From Malacoraja senta (taxonomy: Eukaryota), in NCBI GenBank assembly GCA_038087875.1, contig CM075989.1:10292001-10356000 (forward strand): DNA of 64,000 nt, written 5' to 3'. Under the pieces are notes generated by a model. That model was not told where the DNA came from. It saw only the letters and a program-made list of their open reading frames with translations, and searched no databases. Shown here piece by piece: positions 1 through 13,290 of this stretch (the stretch's first letter is position 1; every line of letters begins with the position of its first letter). The position numbers were made by a program, and so were the translations under genes.

Positions 1-875
1 CAACAGAACGAAGAAGAGATCAGACCCAAAATATTGCAGTCTCTAGAAGGATCCTAGCCTGAAACATTGCCTGTCCAATTCCCTCACAGATGCTGCCTGA
101 CCTGCTGAGTTCCTCCAACACTTGGTGCTTTGATGTATAAATGGAACGATGTTGAAGACAAAAGGTGATAAGAACATCAGAATATGGCAAACTGCATTTT
201 GAAATTAAGGTCCAGTTTGAAAGGTCAAAGGCAGCACCATGTTTGAAATCAATCGGATGGAAAGGATAAGATGGAAGATTGGATGAGGCCACTCTGCCCT
301 TCAAGCCTATTCCATCAATCAATAAATTCTTGCTTTTGTATCTTAAATCCTTGTCCTATCAGTGCTCCATATCTATTATTCACAAAGATTATCGGGCTTA
401 CATGTAAAAAAGAAACAGGAGAATACAGATGGAGTTTTGGTTAAACAAATCTTCCAGTCTCAGATTTAAATTGTTGTTTGCAGAGAAGAAATCCAAACAT
501 TACCATCTTTTGCTTGAGCCAAGGAGTCAGAATTGAGTGGAAAACCTGTTTCTGTACAAGAGCTAGCACTTCCAGAGGGAGTGGGAGAAAACTGGGCTAC
601 ACTTGAGTGGAGAGGTGATAACTCAAATGTTTCAGCAATGGGTTAACATCCATCCTGAGCAAACTTGGCAGCTTTCCACTTTCTAGGGGTGCGTGATGCG
701 AATCTGGGTGCTTGCCCAGCTCACTGTATGAGCTTCTGGCATGCAAAGCTCTGCGCCAAGATAAAAATGTACTCTTAACTCGGAAGGCTGACCTTATTAG
801 AAAGGTTGTGTCTTCCAGCAATAGATGTTGTGCAAAAAGGAGAAAATAAGCATCCTGTACTTATTCCAGTAACTT

Positions 876-1325
876 CTCTACATCGGCGGGACCAAGCGCT
901 GGCTCGGCGATCGCTTCGCCCAACACCTCCGCTCAGTTCGTATTAACCAATCTGATCTCCCGGTTGCTCAGCACTTCAACTCCCCCTCCCATTCCCAATC
1001 GGACCTTTCTGTCCTGGGTCTCCTCCATTGCCAGAGTGAGGCCCAGCGCAAATTGGAGGAACAGCACCTCATATCTCGCTTAGGTAGTTTACACCCCAGC
1101 GGTATGAACATTGACCTCTAATTTTATTTAGCCCTTGCTTCCTCCCTCCTTCACCTCCCCCTTCCCAGTTCTCCCACAAAGCCCACTGTCTCCGCCACTT
1201 CCTTTCTTTACTCCCCCCCCCACGACATCAGTCGGAAGAAGGGTCTCGACCCGAAACATCGCCTATTTCCTTCTCTCCATAGACGCTGCCTCACCCGCTG
1301 AGTTTCTCCAGCACTTTTTGTCTAC
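876..1325 (+). mobile_element. Penelope-like element 3' fragment (GIY-YIG endonuclease end plus terminal repeat)
   Basis: Translates LYIGGTKRWLGDRFAQHLRSV (YIG motif), followed by a C/T-rich tract and the gaagaagggtctcgacccgaaac terminal motif shared with many short copies here. Confidence 0.85.
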
Positions 1326-1644
1326 CGTCCTGTACTTACAAACCGTTACACAATCCAAGTATTTCCCAAACTGCTTTGAAAGTGTTTCTCTGTAGTACCT
1401 GGACAGTGACAGGTCTGTGCTATAATCTGCCTGGGAAAACTGTATGTTGAATTTAACTGAGACACATTTGAGAAGCTGGAATGCAAGAAGTAACCACCAC
1501 TGCTTAGTGTAAGCTCAGCAAAGTGATCTTTCTCCCCCAGTGTCTTGCCAGCATATATCTTTCCATAACCTCCCATTGCCCATTCTTCCACCCACAGTAT
1601 ATTTGTATCAAAGGGCTGCCATCCGTACCTGAACCCAAGCAATA

Positions 1645-1805
1645 CATAGAACATAGAAAACATAGAAACATAGACAATAGGTGCAGGAGTCGGCCATTTG
1701 GCCCTTCGAGCCTGCACCGCCATTCAATATGATCATGGCTGATCATCTAAATCAGTAAATCATCTAAAATCGGTACCCCGTTCCTGCTTTTTCCCCATAT
1801 CCCAT
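1645..1805 (-). mobile_element. CR1/HER1-like LINE 3' end
   Basis: Reverse complement of the tail at 17440-17549 (gatcagccatgatcatattgaatggcggtgcaggctcgaagggcc) ending in 8-nt CATAGAAA-type repeats. Confidence 0.85.
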
Positions 1806-2289
1806 TCCCCATGTACTGTCCTCTGTGGCAATTTAAGGGTGGTGGGAGTTGCCCACGGGTGCCCACTGCTGAGCATTCCAACTGGTGCACACCTTAACAA
1901 ATTTATCGTGAAAGATATCATAATTTCACACCCATTGGCTAATTTGTTGCCATGGCATTTGCCTGTGCAGAAACCCACTCCCAATAAGAACACTGGAGCA
2001 TTTCAGGAAGTCACCATCATCACCTTTACTCCTGCAGTTGGGGTGGACAATCAATGCTAGTCTTGCTAATGATGTCTCCATTCAGTGAATGAATGCCGAA
2101 AAGATATTACATGTGGTCCTTCCTTATACCTGTCCTTGCACCAGACTTAGCTCTGATCCTGAGACGGGACCTTGTCTCCTGTGTTTCCTGCTCAGGTCAC
2201 AAGCCCACCTAAGTGAAGTCGGGCTTTATCGTAGGCGGCAACGCATCCTTTCCCGATTCTGCTCTAACTCCCAGATCGGAACGTTGATG

Positions 2290-3190
2290 ACAACTCTGCA
2301 GTGGGCTGGATTGCGAACAATGATGTGGGAGTAGAGGAAGGAGATAGAGAGGTTAGTAACATGGTGGCAAGACAACAGCCTCGCCCTCATTGTCAGCAGG
2401 ATTAAAGAGAGAAGAGTTCAAGAGACATTTATTACCACATGCACCAATTGGTACAGTGAGATTTGAATTACCATACAGCCATACGAAGAGCTAGTTATTG
2501 GATTTTAGATAGTCCTTGCTGATTAAATGCCTTAATCAGCATCAATGATGCCAAAGTAGAGATGGTCAAGAGCTTCAAGGTCCTAGGTGTAAATTTCACC
2601 AACAGTTATTGTCCTGAACCAACTACATTGAAGCTACAGCTTAGAAAGCACATCAATGCCTCTACTTTGTTAGAAAACTGAGGAAGCTCAGATATCCCCA
2701 ACAACTCTTACCAAATCCTACAGATGCACCATACAAAGCATCCAATCAGGATGAATTCTAGCTTGATTTGGCAACAGCTCTGCCCAAGACCACAAGAAAT
2801 TGCAGAGTATGGTGGACATAGCCCAGTCTATCGCACAGACCAGCCTCCCCACCATCAACTCCATCTAAACTTCATAGTGCCTTGGGGTAAAGCTTGAAAG
2901 CACAAACCACCAGCTTCAGGAGCAGCTTCTTCCCTGCATCACCAGACTACTGAACATTACACTCATAAGTTAGGGCGATCTCCTAACTTACATCATTGTA
3001 GAATTTTCGCTGTAATTGTAACGTTATAATGCTGGAACATTATATTCTGTACTCTTCTATTTTTCTCTTTGCACTAGCTGTTGTACGGTGGCTTAATTGT
3101 ACTCATTACTGCAAGATTTGACCGTATAGCACGCAAGCAAAGTTTTGCACTGTATCTCAGAACATGTGTCAATAATAATAAACCAAATCA
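2290..3190 (+). mobile_element. Degenerate Rex1/Babar-like LINE 3' part
   Basis: Decayed RT C-terminus (EYRKEIERLVTWWQDNSLAL; VKSFKVLGV; HQCLYFVRKLRK) with an aataataataaacc end; short antisense tail inserted at ~2410-2485. Confidence 0.7.
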
Positions 3191-3287
3191 GACATCAGTT
3201 ACCTTGCTTTGAATATTTGCTTTAACAGGAGGACCACATGAAGGCATTATTAACAAACCCCAGAACATTGGAGTAAAGGTCAAGTCT

Positions 3288-3606
3288 TTAGTTTAGTTTA
3301 GTTTAGTTTAGAGATACAGCACGGAAACAGGCTCTTCGGCCTACCAAGTCTGCACCAACCAGCCTTCCCCGCACATTAACACTACCCTACACATACTACG
3401 GACAATTTTACATTTATACCAAGTCAATTAACCTACAAACCTGTATGTCTTCGATGCGTGGGAGGAAAACGGAGATCACAGAGAAAACCCACGCAGGTCA
3501 CAGGGAGAGCATACAAACTCCATACAGCCAGCACCTGTAGTCAGGATCGAACCCATGTCTGTGGCGCTGTAAGGCAGCAACTCTACGCTGCGCCACAATA
3601 CCGCCC
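3288..3606 (-). mobile_element. HE1-type tRNA-derived V-SINE
   Basis: Minus strand: A box, B box GGTTCGATCC, V-core ttttcctcccac, CR1-like tail ending in (CTAAA)n. Confidence 0.85.
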
Positions 3607-4929
3607 TTGATGACACAACGTGACAAAGCAAAGTTAGCACACTGCCCACACCTAACTTTAAGGCCAGGTAAGGCCCACACAATATGGTCAATGTTCAACT
3701 AAGGGCAGCCATGAGAACACCAAGGACAATCATTTAACTTTGCTTCCTGTACTTTAAAAAAATATTTATTCACGTGACATAGATGTCACTGGCAATATCA
3801 GTATGTATTGCAACCACTAATTGTTCCTTAGGAATGATGAATATTTTATTGTCACATGTGACTAGGCACTGAGATTCTTTGCCTGCATACGCAATGTATA
3901 CAAATAGCGGCTACCTACGGCGTTGACTAAGTTACAAATCACGCCGGCTCCCCCTTTTGTCACCCCCCCCCCCCCGAACTAAGATGTGGTTAATGTATCA
4001 TGTTGGAGGATTGGATGTCAGCTGGGTAAGGTAGCAGATTTCTCCCCTGAAGGATGGATGGGTTTTTGTAACAAATATCCAATTGCCATCAGTCAGAAGA
4101 AGGGCACTAACCCAAAACATCACCTCTCCAGATTCTCCTGAGATGCTGCCTGACCTGCTGAGTTACTCCATCTCTTTGTGTTATTTTTGGAAACCTGTAC
4201 CTGCAGTTCCTTGTGTCTCCAATTACCATTACTGGTACCACCTTCTGTCCCAGGCTACGTTTAACCTGAATTCCTCAGCTGCCGTGGTGGGATTTGAACG
4301 CATCTCTGGATCAATGACCAGCCCTCCAAGTTCCAGCATTTTCTGTTTCATATTTCATTTAGTTTCACCTTCCCCAACTTAACCATTGCAATGTACGGAC
4401 TTTTCATTATATTCTTCAACTCCTAAGGTCAGAGTCTAGCAGGAAATAATTTAGCCAGCACGAGCTGCATCTTTTATATGTTATTTTCAGTTGGAGATGT
4501 TTTGTCTGCAGTGCTGGAGGAACACTCAATGGTTGCATCCTTTAGACATGCCCTTCCAAATATAAATAAATATCCTGACAGAACTTGGCCAGGCCAAACT
4601 TTATAATCATTTAGAGCTATGTTATGTGAGTTGGCAGTCGAGAAATCTATTGCTTCAATGTCCTCTTTGCTTCCCGTCCGATCCAAAACATTTTTGCGTT
4701 GGTGGGTGGCAACCATTTAAACTTAAAGACCTCAGCTTCATGCTTTTTTCTCTACTGATCCAGTTTATCTGCTCAGTGCAACAGCTCAACTGTAGTGTGT
4801 TAGGCCAACGCCAGCTCTTTGAAAGGGTTTTCCAATTAGTCCCATTCCTCTATTCCCTCCAAAAAGCCCTGCAAATGTTTCAGGTCCAAGTCCATATTCC
4901 AGTTTGCTTTCAACCTTCCCAAATATTTT

Positions 4930-5165
4930 ACATAGAAACATAGGTGCAGGAGTTGGCCATTTGGCCCTTCGAGCAAGCACCACCATTCAATATGATCATG
5001 GCTGATCATCCAAAATCAGTACCCCGTTCCTGCTTTCTACCCATATCCCTTGATTCCATTTGCTCTTTGAGCTAAATCCAACTCTCTCTTGAAAACATCC
5101 AATGAATTGGCCTCCACTGCCTTCTGTGGCAGAGAATTCCACAGATTCACAACTCTCTGGGTGAA
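4930..5165 (-). mobile_element. CR1/HER1-like LINE 3' end
   Basis: Same tail as 1645-1805, extending to the cagagagttgtgaatctgtggaattctctgcc ORF2-end motif. Confidence 0.85.
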
Positions 5166-5761
5166 TTTTTTTTTTATTGGTCATTTGTGGGATGTAGGCA
5201 CCAATGACACGGCCAACAGTTTACACGCACTCACATAAGCATAAAGGTGAACAAATGTATACATGCACACGCACACATACATGAGTGCATACAAACACAA
5301 ATATGCATACCCAAACACATGGACATACACATGCACGCATGCACGTGCACACATACACAATTAATCCTGAACTGAATACCATTTCAGAGGATAGTTAAGG
5401 ACCAACTTCTTGCTTAAGTCTTGAGTCACATGTAGGTTAAACAGAGTATGGACATCAGAAATATTCCTCTGAAGGATATTAGTAAACAAAATAATTTAAA
5501 TAATAATTCAGGAATATCAAGTCACCATAGCTGTTAATAGGTCGATGTGAAAGATTCCACGGTGCTACATCAAAGGAGAGCAGAAGACTTTGATGAAGCT
5601 GTATAAGGTCATGAGGAGTTTGGACAGTACATAGAGGAAAGTCACCCCTTCACTGCAAGAGGATCTGAGACCAGGAGCAGAGATGTCTTGCAGCAACTGT
5701 ACAAAACCAAGTTGGATCAAAGAGCCTGTTTCCATAGCTCTATTGTTGGGTTTTTGATCAT

Positions 5762-5764
<3 letters not shown>

Positions 5765-5829
<65 letters not shown>
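5765..5829 (+). repeat. (AAT)n microsatellite, probably the tail of an antisense retroposon fragment extending to ~5955
   Basis: ~21 perfect AAT units followed by aaatactttattaattccc. Confidence 0.9.
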
Positions 5830-5961
5830 GTAAATACTTTATTAATTCCCTTTTCAGGGGAAATTCAAATGTCCTTGCAGCACACTAATACTAATAAAAA
5901 TACAACATAACATTAAGGAAGAAATTTAACATTAAAACATAAAAACATCCCCCCATAATGG

Positions 5962-6179
5962 CTTACACACTGGGGACAATTTACAATTCACAGAAGCCAA
6001 ATAGCCTACAAACCTGCACGTCTTTGGGATGTGGGAGCAAACCTGAACAACCAGAGAAAACCTATGCAGTCACAGGGAGAACATACAAACTCCATACAGA
6101 CAGCACCTTTAGTCAGGATCGAACCCAGGTGTCTGGCACTGTGAGGCAGCAACTTTACCATTGCGCCACTGTGCCGCCC
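5962..6179 (-). mobile_element. HE1-type V-SINE, 3'-truncated
   Basis: A/B boxes (caggatcgaaccc on +) and V core; homologous to 3288-3606. Confidence 0.85.
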
Positions 6180-6289
6180 TTAACCTTTCCTAAAAGATCC
6201 TGAGATAGCTGACATCAACCTTTGCTTGATAATGTTTCCATGAAGCACCCAAGTATACTTTGCAATTTTAAGGGCGCAATATATACAAT

Positions 6290-6800
6290 ATGTTCAAAAC
6301 ATTACACCTAGAAGAGATAAGACTCCTCCTAACAGGTAAACCAGATCACTTCCACCTGACGTGGTCTGCATTTATAGAATTATTACAAATATAGGGTGCA
6401 AAGGTACCTTAAAAAAATTGAGGTCAGGTAATGGGGGATGATAGTTGAAGAGTTGGTATGTCCCATTTGCGTAATGCTCATAAAAAATATTTGTTTCTCT
6501 CTTTTCCCTCTTTCTCTTTCTCCTTCTTTTCTAGGGTCTATTTCTTAACTCTTTTTCTTTTGTTTTTAATTTTGTTCTTATAGGGTCTTCGTCCTTTTTT
6601 GTTGTCACATTTTCTACACTCTCACTTTTTCCTTCACTTTCTTCTTTCTTTCAATCTTATCCTTTCCTTTTACTAGTGTAAAAAACAAATGGAGTACATT
6701 AATTGTAAGAAGACATAAGTGACGAGTACTAATGTATGTGGTTGTAATGTAATGTACTTCTAATAAATATATTTTTTAAAATATATATATATATATATAT
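6290..6800 (+). mobile_element. L1-clade LINE 3' fragment with (TA)n tail
   Basis: KTLHLEEIRLLLTGKPDHFHLTWSAFIELLQI* is homologous to the ORF2 end at ~11900-12000; T-rich 3'UTR, cttctAATAAA, (AT)n at 6781-6800. Confidence 0.75.
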
Positions 6801-7009
6801 ACAATGTTGTTGTAATAGATTATCCTACAGGACGTACAAAAATATCAACTCAGTCAGGGAGGGAAATAAATAATACTTGCTCGGGTTTTGTGGGGATTTT
6901 GTGTCTTAAAGGTCAACAAGAAACAAACAATTTTATTTCATTGAACAAAAGCATGGTGAGGGTAAATGCCGAGTGTTCCCACATATAAATAGATTGCATC
7001 TATCTCCCA

Positions 7010-7084
7010 TAATTCAGCGGGATAGGCAGCATCTCTGGAGAGAAGAAATGGGTGACGTTTTGGGTCGAGACCCTTCTTCAGACT
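7010..7084 (-). mobile_element. Penelope terminal-repeat fragment with hammerhead-like motif
   Basis: Minus strand reads agtCTGAAGAagggtctcgacccAAAACGTCacc. Confidence 0.75.
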
Positions 7085-7449
7085 CCCTTGGTTGGTATGG
7101 ATGACTTGGACTAACAAGCAGTTTTCCAGCAATTTGTCACTAACTCCTACTCCATTGCAGCACAGAGGGATTCCAGTTGAAGATGGAATCGTTGGGATGT
7201 TAAACCAAAGCCAGTCTGCCTTCTCAATTGACAAGAAAGGTCCTATCATTACTTCAGATGGCAGTTTTCCCTGCCGTTTTGTGGCTGACATTTATTCTTT
7301 AACCAAATTTTTTCACAAAAATAGTTAATTTAGTCATTATCTTGATGCTATTTGCGGAGGGTTCTGTGTACAAATTGGCTGCTGCATTTCCTGCATTGCA
7401 TCAGTGAACATGAAAATACGATTGGAAATGCTAGAAAACATTCCTCCTA

Positions 7450-7870
7450 CAACTCCCACCATCCCCCTCCCTCACCACACAATCTGTCCATTATCACATG
7501 CCACACACCCACCCAAACATCCCCCAGTGTCCACCTCCACAACATAACCCACTCTCACATTCACCGCTAACCCTTGCCAACCAAACATTTCCCTCTCCCC
7601 CACCACCCTTTACATCCCCACCACATCCACCACCCAAATCCCATCTCCCCTTCCACCTCAATATACCCCTTTCAACCATCGACTCCCACCTCTCCACTAA
7701 CCCTCACCGCCCACTATATCTCTCCTCCTCCTCCACTCCTACTAACCTCTGCCCCCACCCCCACCCTCACATCCCTTTCCCCCACCCAACGACCTTAACC
7801 ACAGCCATCTACCCCCACCCTAGTCCCCTGTGCCCACAACCTTCCCCCCCCCCCCCACCACCACCCCTCC
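7450..7870 (+). repeat. C-rich low-complexity tract
   Basis: Dense CCC/CAC/CCT runs; explains the Pro/His-rich ORF 7498-7914. Confidence 0.85.
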
Positions 7871-9789
7871 TCCAAGCCAGGTATCTTTTCAGATCAAATT
7901 GCACCAGTGCATAGAACAAAGGAAACAGCTTTGATGTCTGACTGTGGAGTGTCCACATATGGGGGGGGGGGGGGGAGAGGTGCCGTGGTTATTTTTTGTT
8001 TGCTTGTTGTTCTCACTGGAGCCTTGGCCAGGTTTAGAGCCAACAACAGGAGCCAAGTTGGACAGTGAGATGTTTCTGGAGAAAACAGCCAGTGAGCGAG
8101 GTCACGTGGTCCACACTGACAAGCCTGGAACATCCAATGTCAGGAACATCCAGGACCTGAGTGAGCATGGGCCAACCATCTTGGCAGGGGCTGTGTTTGT
8201 CTTGTCACACTATTTATCCTTCCTTCCCATGTAAACAATTGTTTAACAGGATGCAGTGGTAAAACGTATAGTTAAAAAAATGATTGTTTTAATAACACAG
8301 GCATGAAAGGAACAATCCTTCACCATGGCAACTCTGGATTCAATGTTATCTGTAGAGACACTCAGTTCTTCCATTGCTTTAAACTCCACTCTTCTTCCAA
8401 GGAGAACAGGAAGACATTTGATTTCTATTGAAACGACAACACTCAAAAGCATATCTTGTAGCTGAAGTATTTACAGGTTGCAGTCAGTGTTGGAATGTAG
8501 GACACAAGCAGCAGCAATCCAGGGTAAATAGCCATCGAGCTCTACAGCAGGGAAACTGGCTCTGCAGCCAAACTTGTCCATGCCCATCAAGTTGGCATTC
8601 TGAGCTACTACCATTTGCCTGCATTGAGCCAATAGCCCTCTAAAGCCTTCTGTCCATATGCCTGTCCAAATGTCTTTTGAAGGACCAGAGACCTTGGGAA
8701 AAAAATCAGAAGTGTGGATCTAGAGAAGATGGAGGCAAAATTCAATAACCCTGAACAAAATTATAGGGATGATGAGAGGCACAATTTGCATTTTCTTTCT
8801 GTGAGTCTTTCTTCTGTGTTACGCTGCAAGGATTTAGGTAGTTCCTGATGCCTTGCAGGTAGTTGGCTGTTCATCACAGAGAGGTACATTAGCATCAGAG
8901 GGGTATTGAATAGGGGAGGCCTGAATCCTATCCTCATCACTGCACATACATCTATTGCAATGAGTGACTTGGTTTATTCATCCCCCTGCATTGGGGGCAT
9001 TATAATGCCCAAAGCATCACTGCATTACCTCCCCCCCCCCCACCCCCACTCAGACCCTCAGACACTGTGCTTTTTAGGCTTCCCTTTGCACCCTTCCAAA
9101 TGCTTATCCTACCCACTGCTGCCCATGTCCCAGTGCACAGCACGTCCCATTCACCCGTCACTCCCTGGGCTTACTGACCTAAATGACGCCATCTGCAACA
9201 TTGCACACAATTGTACCTACATAGAAGGAAGACATTCAACCCAGCCAGCCTTGCAAACATCCCCAGGCCCATTCCCTGTAGCTTATTCTCACTCACATGT
9301 CTTACAATTCCCCAATGACCCTACCAACCAACTACATCAGAGGCACACTAAAGCAGCCAGTTAACCTTCAAGCACATCTCTGCAATCCCTCCTGACCACT
9401 TTTTAAACTTTCTCCCGACCTCAGCAATCCCCCCCTTGCAGCCCCCACATTCTTCAGCCTTACAAACCTTCCAAGGTCTCTGCACCCTTACAGTTCCAGC
9501 CTCTTGCATGCCTGATTCTATTGATTCACCATTGGTGACCTTGCCTTCAGTTCCACGGGCCCTAGGTTTTGAAATTCCTTCCTTAAACTTCTCTGTTGCT
9601 CAATGTCAACATCCTTTCTCAAGGCAGACCATAAGGGCCACCTACTTAACCAACTGTTAAAGTTCCTCCTTACATGGTTCAATAATAAATTCTGTTTGAT
9701 TACTCTACCCTAAAGTACCTTCAAATATGTTAAGCCATAGAGTTGTAGAATCATATACCACGGAAACAAGTCCATCAGCCCAGAACTTC

Positions 9790-10261
9790 TTTTTTTTTTT
9801 TTTGAAAATATTTTTTATTGGAGATAAGTACATAACCTATTAACATCATTACAGTCTTACATTTTTAAATTGATAATATTATCAATTATTATTACATTTT
9901 CTCCAATACCTTTTGCCTTTTTTTAAAATTTTAAACTAGATAGAACTAAAAAGATAGATGAAGTAAAGAAAGAAAAGAGAGAGAAGAAAAAGAGAAAAAA
10001 AAAAGGAAAAAAAAAAAAAAAAAGAGAAAGATAGTTAAAGAAGAGTGGAAAAATTTATTAAAATAAAAAACTTCATTCGAGATATGTTCGTACATTTCAG
10101 AATATAGCATTTCATCCATTTTTTAGCTCGAGCATTAGTCAGGTTCCCGTGCTGAACCATTCTGACCCTTTAAATAATCAATAAAGGGAGACCATGTTCC
10201 AACGAATAATTCCTGTTTGTCCAACAGGGAAAATCTGATTCTTTCCACGTTTAAGGTCTCC
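9790..10261 (-). mobile_element. 5'-truncated L1-clade LINE with poly(A) and 15-bp TSD
   Basis: Poly(T) at 9790-9803, AATAAA on minus, ORF end ETLNVERIRFSLLDKQELFVGTWSPFIDYLKGQNGSAREPD*; TSD TCAGCCCAGAACTTC at 9775-9789 and 10262-10276. Confidence 0.9.
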
Positions 10262-10489
10262 TCAGCCCAGAACTTCAAGATCACGTTTCCAATAAGCCCA
10301 TTTTATTCATCCCATAATCTCATCAACCCCCTCTCGATTCTGGACCTACCTGCACAAAGAGTGCAATTTACAGTGGCCAAATAACCCACCAACCCGCACG
10401 TCTTGGGTATGGCATAGGAAGCAGAAGCACTCAGAGGAAGAACAGGAAAAACATGCAAATTCATCGCTGTCAGACCAAGGTTAGCATCA

Positions 10490-12770
10490 AGTCAGGTGTT
10501 GGTTTAGTACCATCATGTATACCAAGATACAGTGAAGAAAATTATTTTGTGTGTTATCCAAGCAAATCATACCACACATGAGCATATTAGGTAGTGCAAA
10601 TGAGAACAATTACCAACTGCAGAATATAGTGTTACAGCTGCTGAGAAAGTGCAGGTTAAAAGATGCAAGGGCTGCAACAAGGTAGATTGGAAGATTGGGA
10701 ATTCATCCCTAGCATATGAGAGGCCGATTCAGTAATCTGATATCAGCAGGGAGGAAGCTGTTCCTGAATCTGGTGGGACATCCTTTTCAACTTTTGTACC
10801 TTCAGGCTGATGGGAGAGGAGAGAAGAGCAAATGACCAGAATGTGAATGATCCTTGATTATGTTGGCTGCTTTTCCAAGGCAACACAAACTGTTGATGGA
10901 GTGAGACTGCTTTGCATGATGAACTGGGCTGCACCCACAACTCTGTAATTCTTTGCAGTCTTGGCAGAGAGGTTGCCAAACCAAGTTCTGAAGCATCCCA
11001 GTAAGATGCTTTCTCTGGTGCATCTGTAAAATTGGTCAGAGACACTGAAGATGGTGTTATCTGTAAACTTGTAAACAGAGTTAGAGCACAATTTGGTTGC
11101 ACTGTCCTGAGTGTTTTGGGGAATATAGCAAAGGGCTGGGAATGCATCCTTGCTGATCCAGTGTTGAGAACTATCATGGAAGATGTTTTGTCGTCTATCC
11201 TTACTGACTGCAGTCTGTAGGTCAGGAAATTGAGCATCCAGTTACAGAGGGAGATGCAGTGTCAGAATTACGGGAATTTGGAGATGAGTTTGATTGGGAT
11301 TTTGATGTTGAAGGCAGAGTATAGTCAACTTGATGAATGTTTGAATAAGCATCCTAACACTGAAAAATTAATAGCTTATATTTATAACATTCTCCTAAAT
11401 AACGAGGTACCACCGATGGAACTATATAGACATAAATGGGAAAATGAGTTAGGTTATCCTATTACGAAAGATATTTGGGACGAAAGTTTACAACATATAC
11501 ATCAATGTTCGTTAAATGCCAGACATGCTTTAATACAATTTAAAGTCTTACACAGATTACATTACTCCAAAATAAAACTAAATAGAATTTTCCCACATAT
11601 CTCTCCTATATGTGATAAATGCCTGCATTTAGAGGCCAATTTAACACATACCTTTGCAAATTGTATAAAAATTAAAAATTACTGGACTGATATTTTTCAA
11701 ATAATCTCTGAAGTTGTTAATACCAAATTGGCTCCAGACTCAAAATTAATAATACTTGGGATATCAGAACAAAGTTTAACACTCACAACAAGCCAAAGAA
11801 ACTTCCTTGACTACAGTATAATAACTGGGAAAAAATTAATATTAAAATTCTGGAAAGGCCCTACAACCCCCACAATTAAAATGTGGATTGTGGAAATGTC
11901 AGAGACCCTACATCTAGAAAGAATTAGACTCGTCTTAATGGACAAGCAAGAACTTTTTGTTAAAATATGGGCTCCATTCATTGCCTATTCGAAGGGATAG
12001 AGTGGCCCAGCGCGAAAGCCCGACTGAAGCTTGAACTCAGGATTAGATGTAATTATATTTCATAACCTACGAACTTATCTCCTATGACGTATTATAAGTT
12101 ATTCATTCCACCTCTTTTTCTTTTTTGATATTGTAATTCTTCTTTCTCTCTCTTTCTTCTTTCTTCTTTCTCTCTATTTTTCTTTTTCTATCTATATAAA
12201 AAAAACCACTAGAAGCAGAATTGACAAATTTAATAATGTATGAGTGATTGATGTATATGAAAAGTTTTTTCTTCTATTATAATATGTTACTCTACATTGT
12301 AATATGTCTGCTTCTAATAAAAATTTATATCACAAAAAAAAAAAAAGAGCACAATTTGGTTGCACTGTCCTGAGTGTTTTGGGGAATATAGCAAAGGGCT
12401 GAGAATGCATCCTTGCTGATCCAGTGTTGAGAACTATCATGGAAGATGTTTTGTCGTCTATCCTTACTGACTGCAGTCTGTAGGTCAGGAAATTGAGCAT
12501 CCAGTTACAGAGGGAGATGCAGTGTCAGAATTACGGGAATTTGGAGATGAGTTTGATTGGGATTTTGATGTTGAAGGCAGAGTATAGTCAACATAGGTGT
12601 CCATATTATCCAGTTGTTCTGGGATGAGTGTAGAGCCAGGTAGATGGATCTACCGTGGATCTGTTGTGGCAGTAGCGAACCGCAGTAGATCAAGGCTGTA
12701 TAGGAGGCTGGATCTAGATGATTGATGTGAGGCAGCATCTCCGCAAGCTGCATCACTGCACTGCCACATT
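10490..12770 (-). mobile_element. Decayed Rex1/Babar-like LINE interrupted by an L1 insertion
   Basis: Decayed RT motifs NFLTYRLQSVRI...VLNTGS, YKFTDNT (FADD equivalent) and YLALHS on minus; continues on both sides of 11330-12345. Confidence 0.75.
11330..12345 (+). mobile_element. 5'-truncated L1-clade LINE (ORF2 C-terminus with CCHC knuckle, 3'UTR, poly(A))
   Basis: ORF contains IQFKVLHRLHYS...CDKC...HTFANC, typical of vertebrate L1/Tx1 ORF2 ends; AATAAA 12316-12321; A-tail ~12334-12345. Confidence 0.92.
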
Positions 12771-13214
12771 TAGAAACAGGATCTATTGTAATTTGTATAT
12801 CTCATACCTATGCCAGTCAATGACATGACCTTTCAGTCTAACAGGAGGCACCTATTGCAATACCTACTACTTTTTCTAGGCTGCTGGATATTTAAGGTTG
12901 TTATTCCGATGTTTCCCTTGTACGCTTAGACTTTCCAATCCCTGAGGTAACCCCTGTGTCTCTTCCCAGTCATGTATTTCTCTCGTCTTTAATCTGTTAG
13001 CCCAGGACACACCACGACTTAGCTATGGGAAATCCAACTTCACAACTGCTCGGGAAGGATTTTGATCCGGTTGTCCTGGGACATAACAAACAATGCCCTT
13101 CACCAAATAAAAATTCTCAAACTGCAGAACAAGATGGCTGGATTCAACTTAGTATTTTTGCCAATGTATGACCAAGTATGATCCAAATTTGTATTCGGTT
13201 GTATGAGCAAACTC

Positions 13215-13290
13215 AGCCATGATCACATTGAATGGCGGTGCTGGCTCAAAGGGCCTACTCCTGCACCTATTGTCTATTGTCTATTGTCTA
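13215..13290 (+). mobile_element. CR1-like 3' end with (CTATTGT)n tail
   Basis: cagccatgatcacattgaatggcggtgctggctc...cctactcctgcacctattgtctattgtctattgtc. Confidence 0.8.

Noticed and set aside
5688-5888. Poly-Asn ORF
   Set aside because: Translation of the (AAT)n microsatellite.
7498-7914. Pro/His-rich ORF
   Set aside because: Product of C-rich low-complexity DNA.
11230-12000. 256-aa ORF as a host gene
   Set aside because: Chimera of antisense Rex/Babar sequence (within the TSD) and the L1 ORF2 C-terminus.
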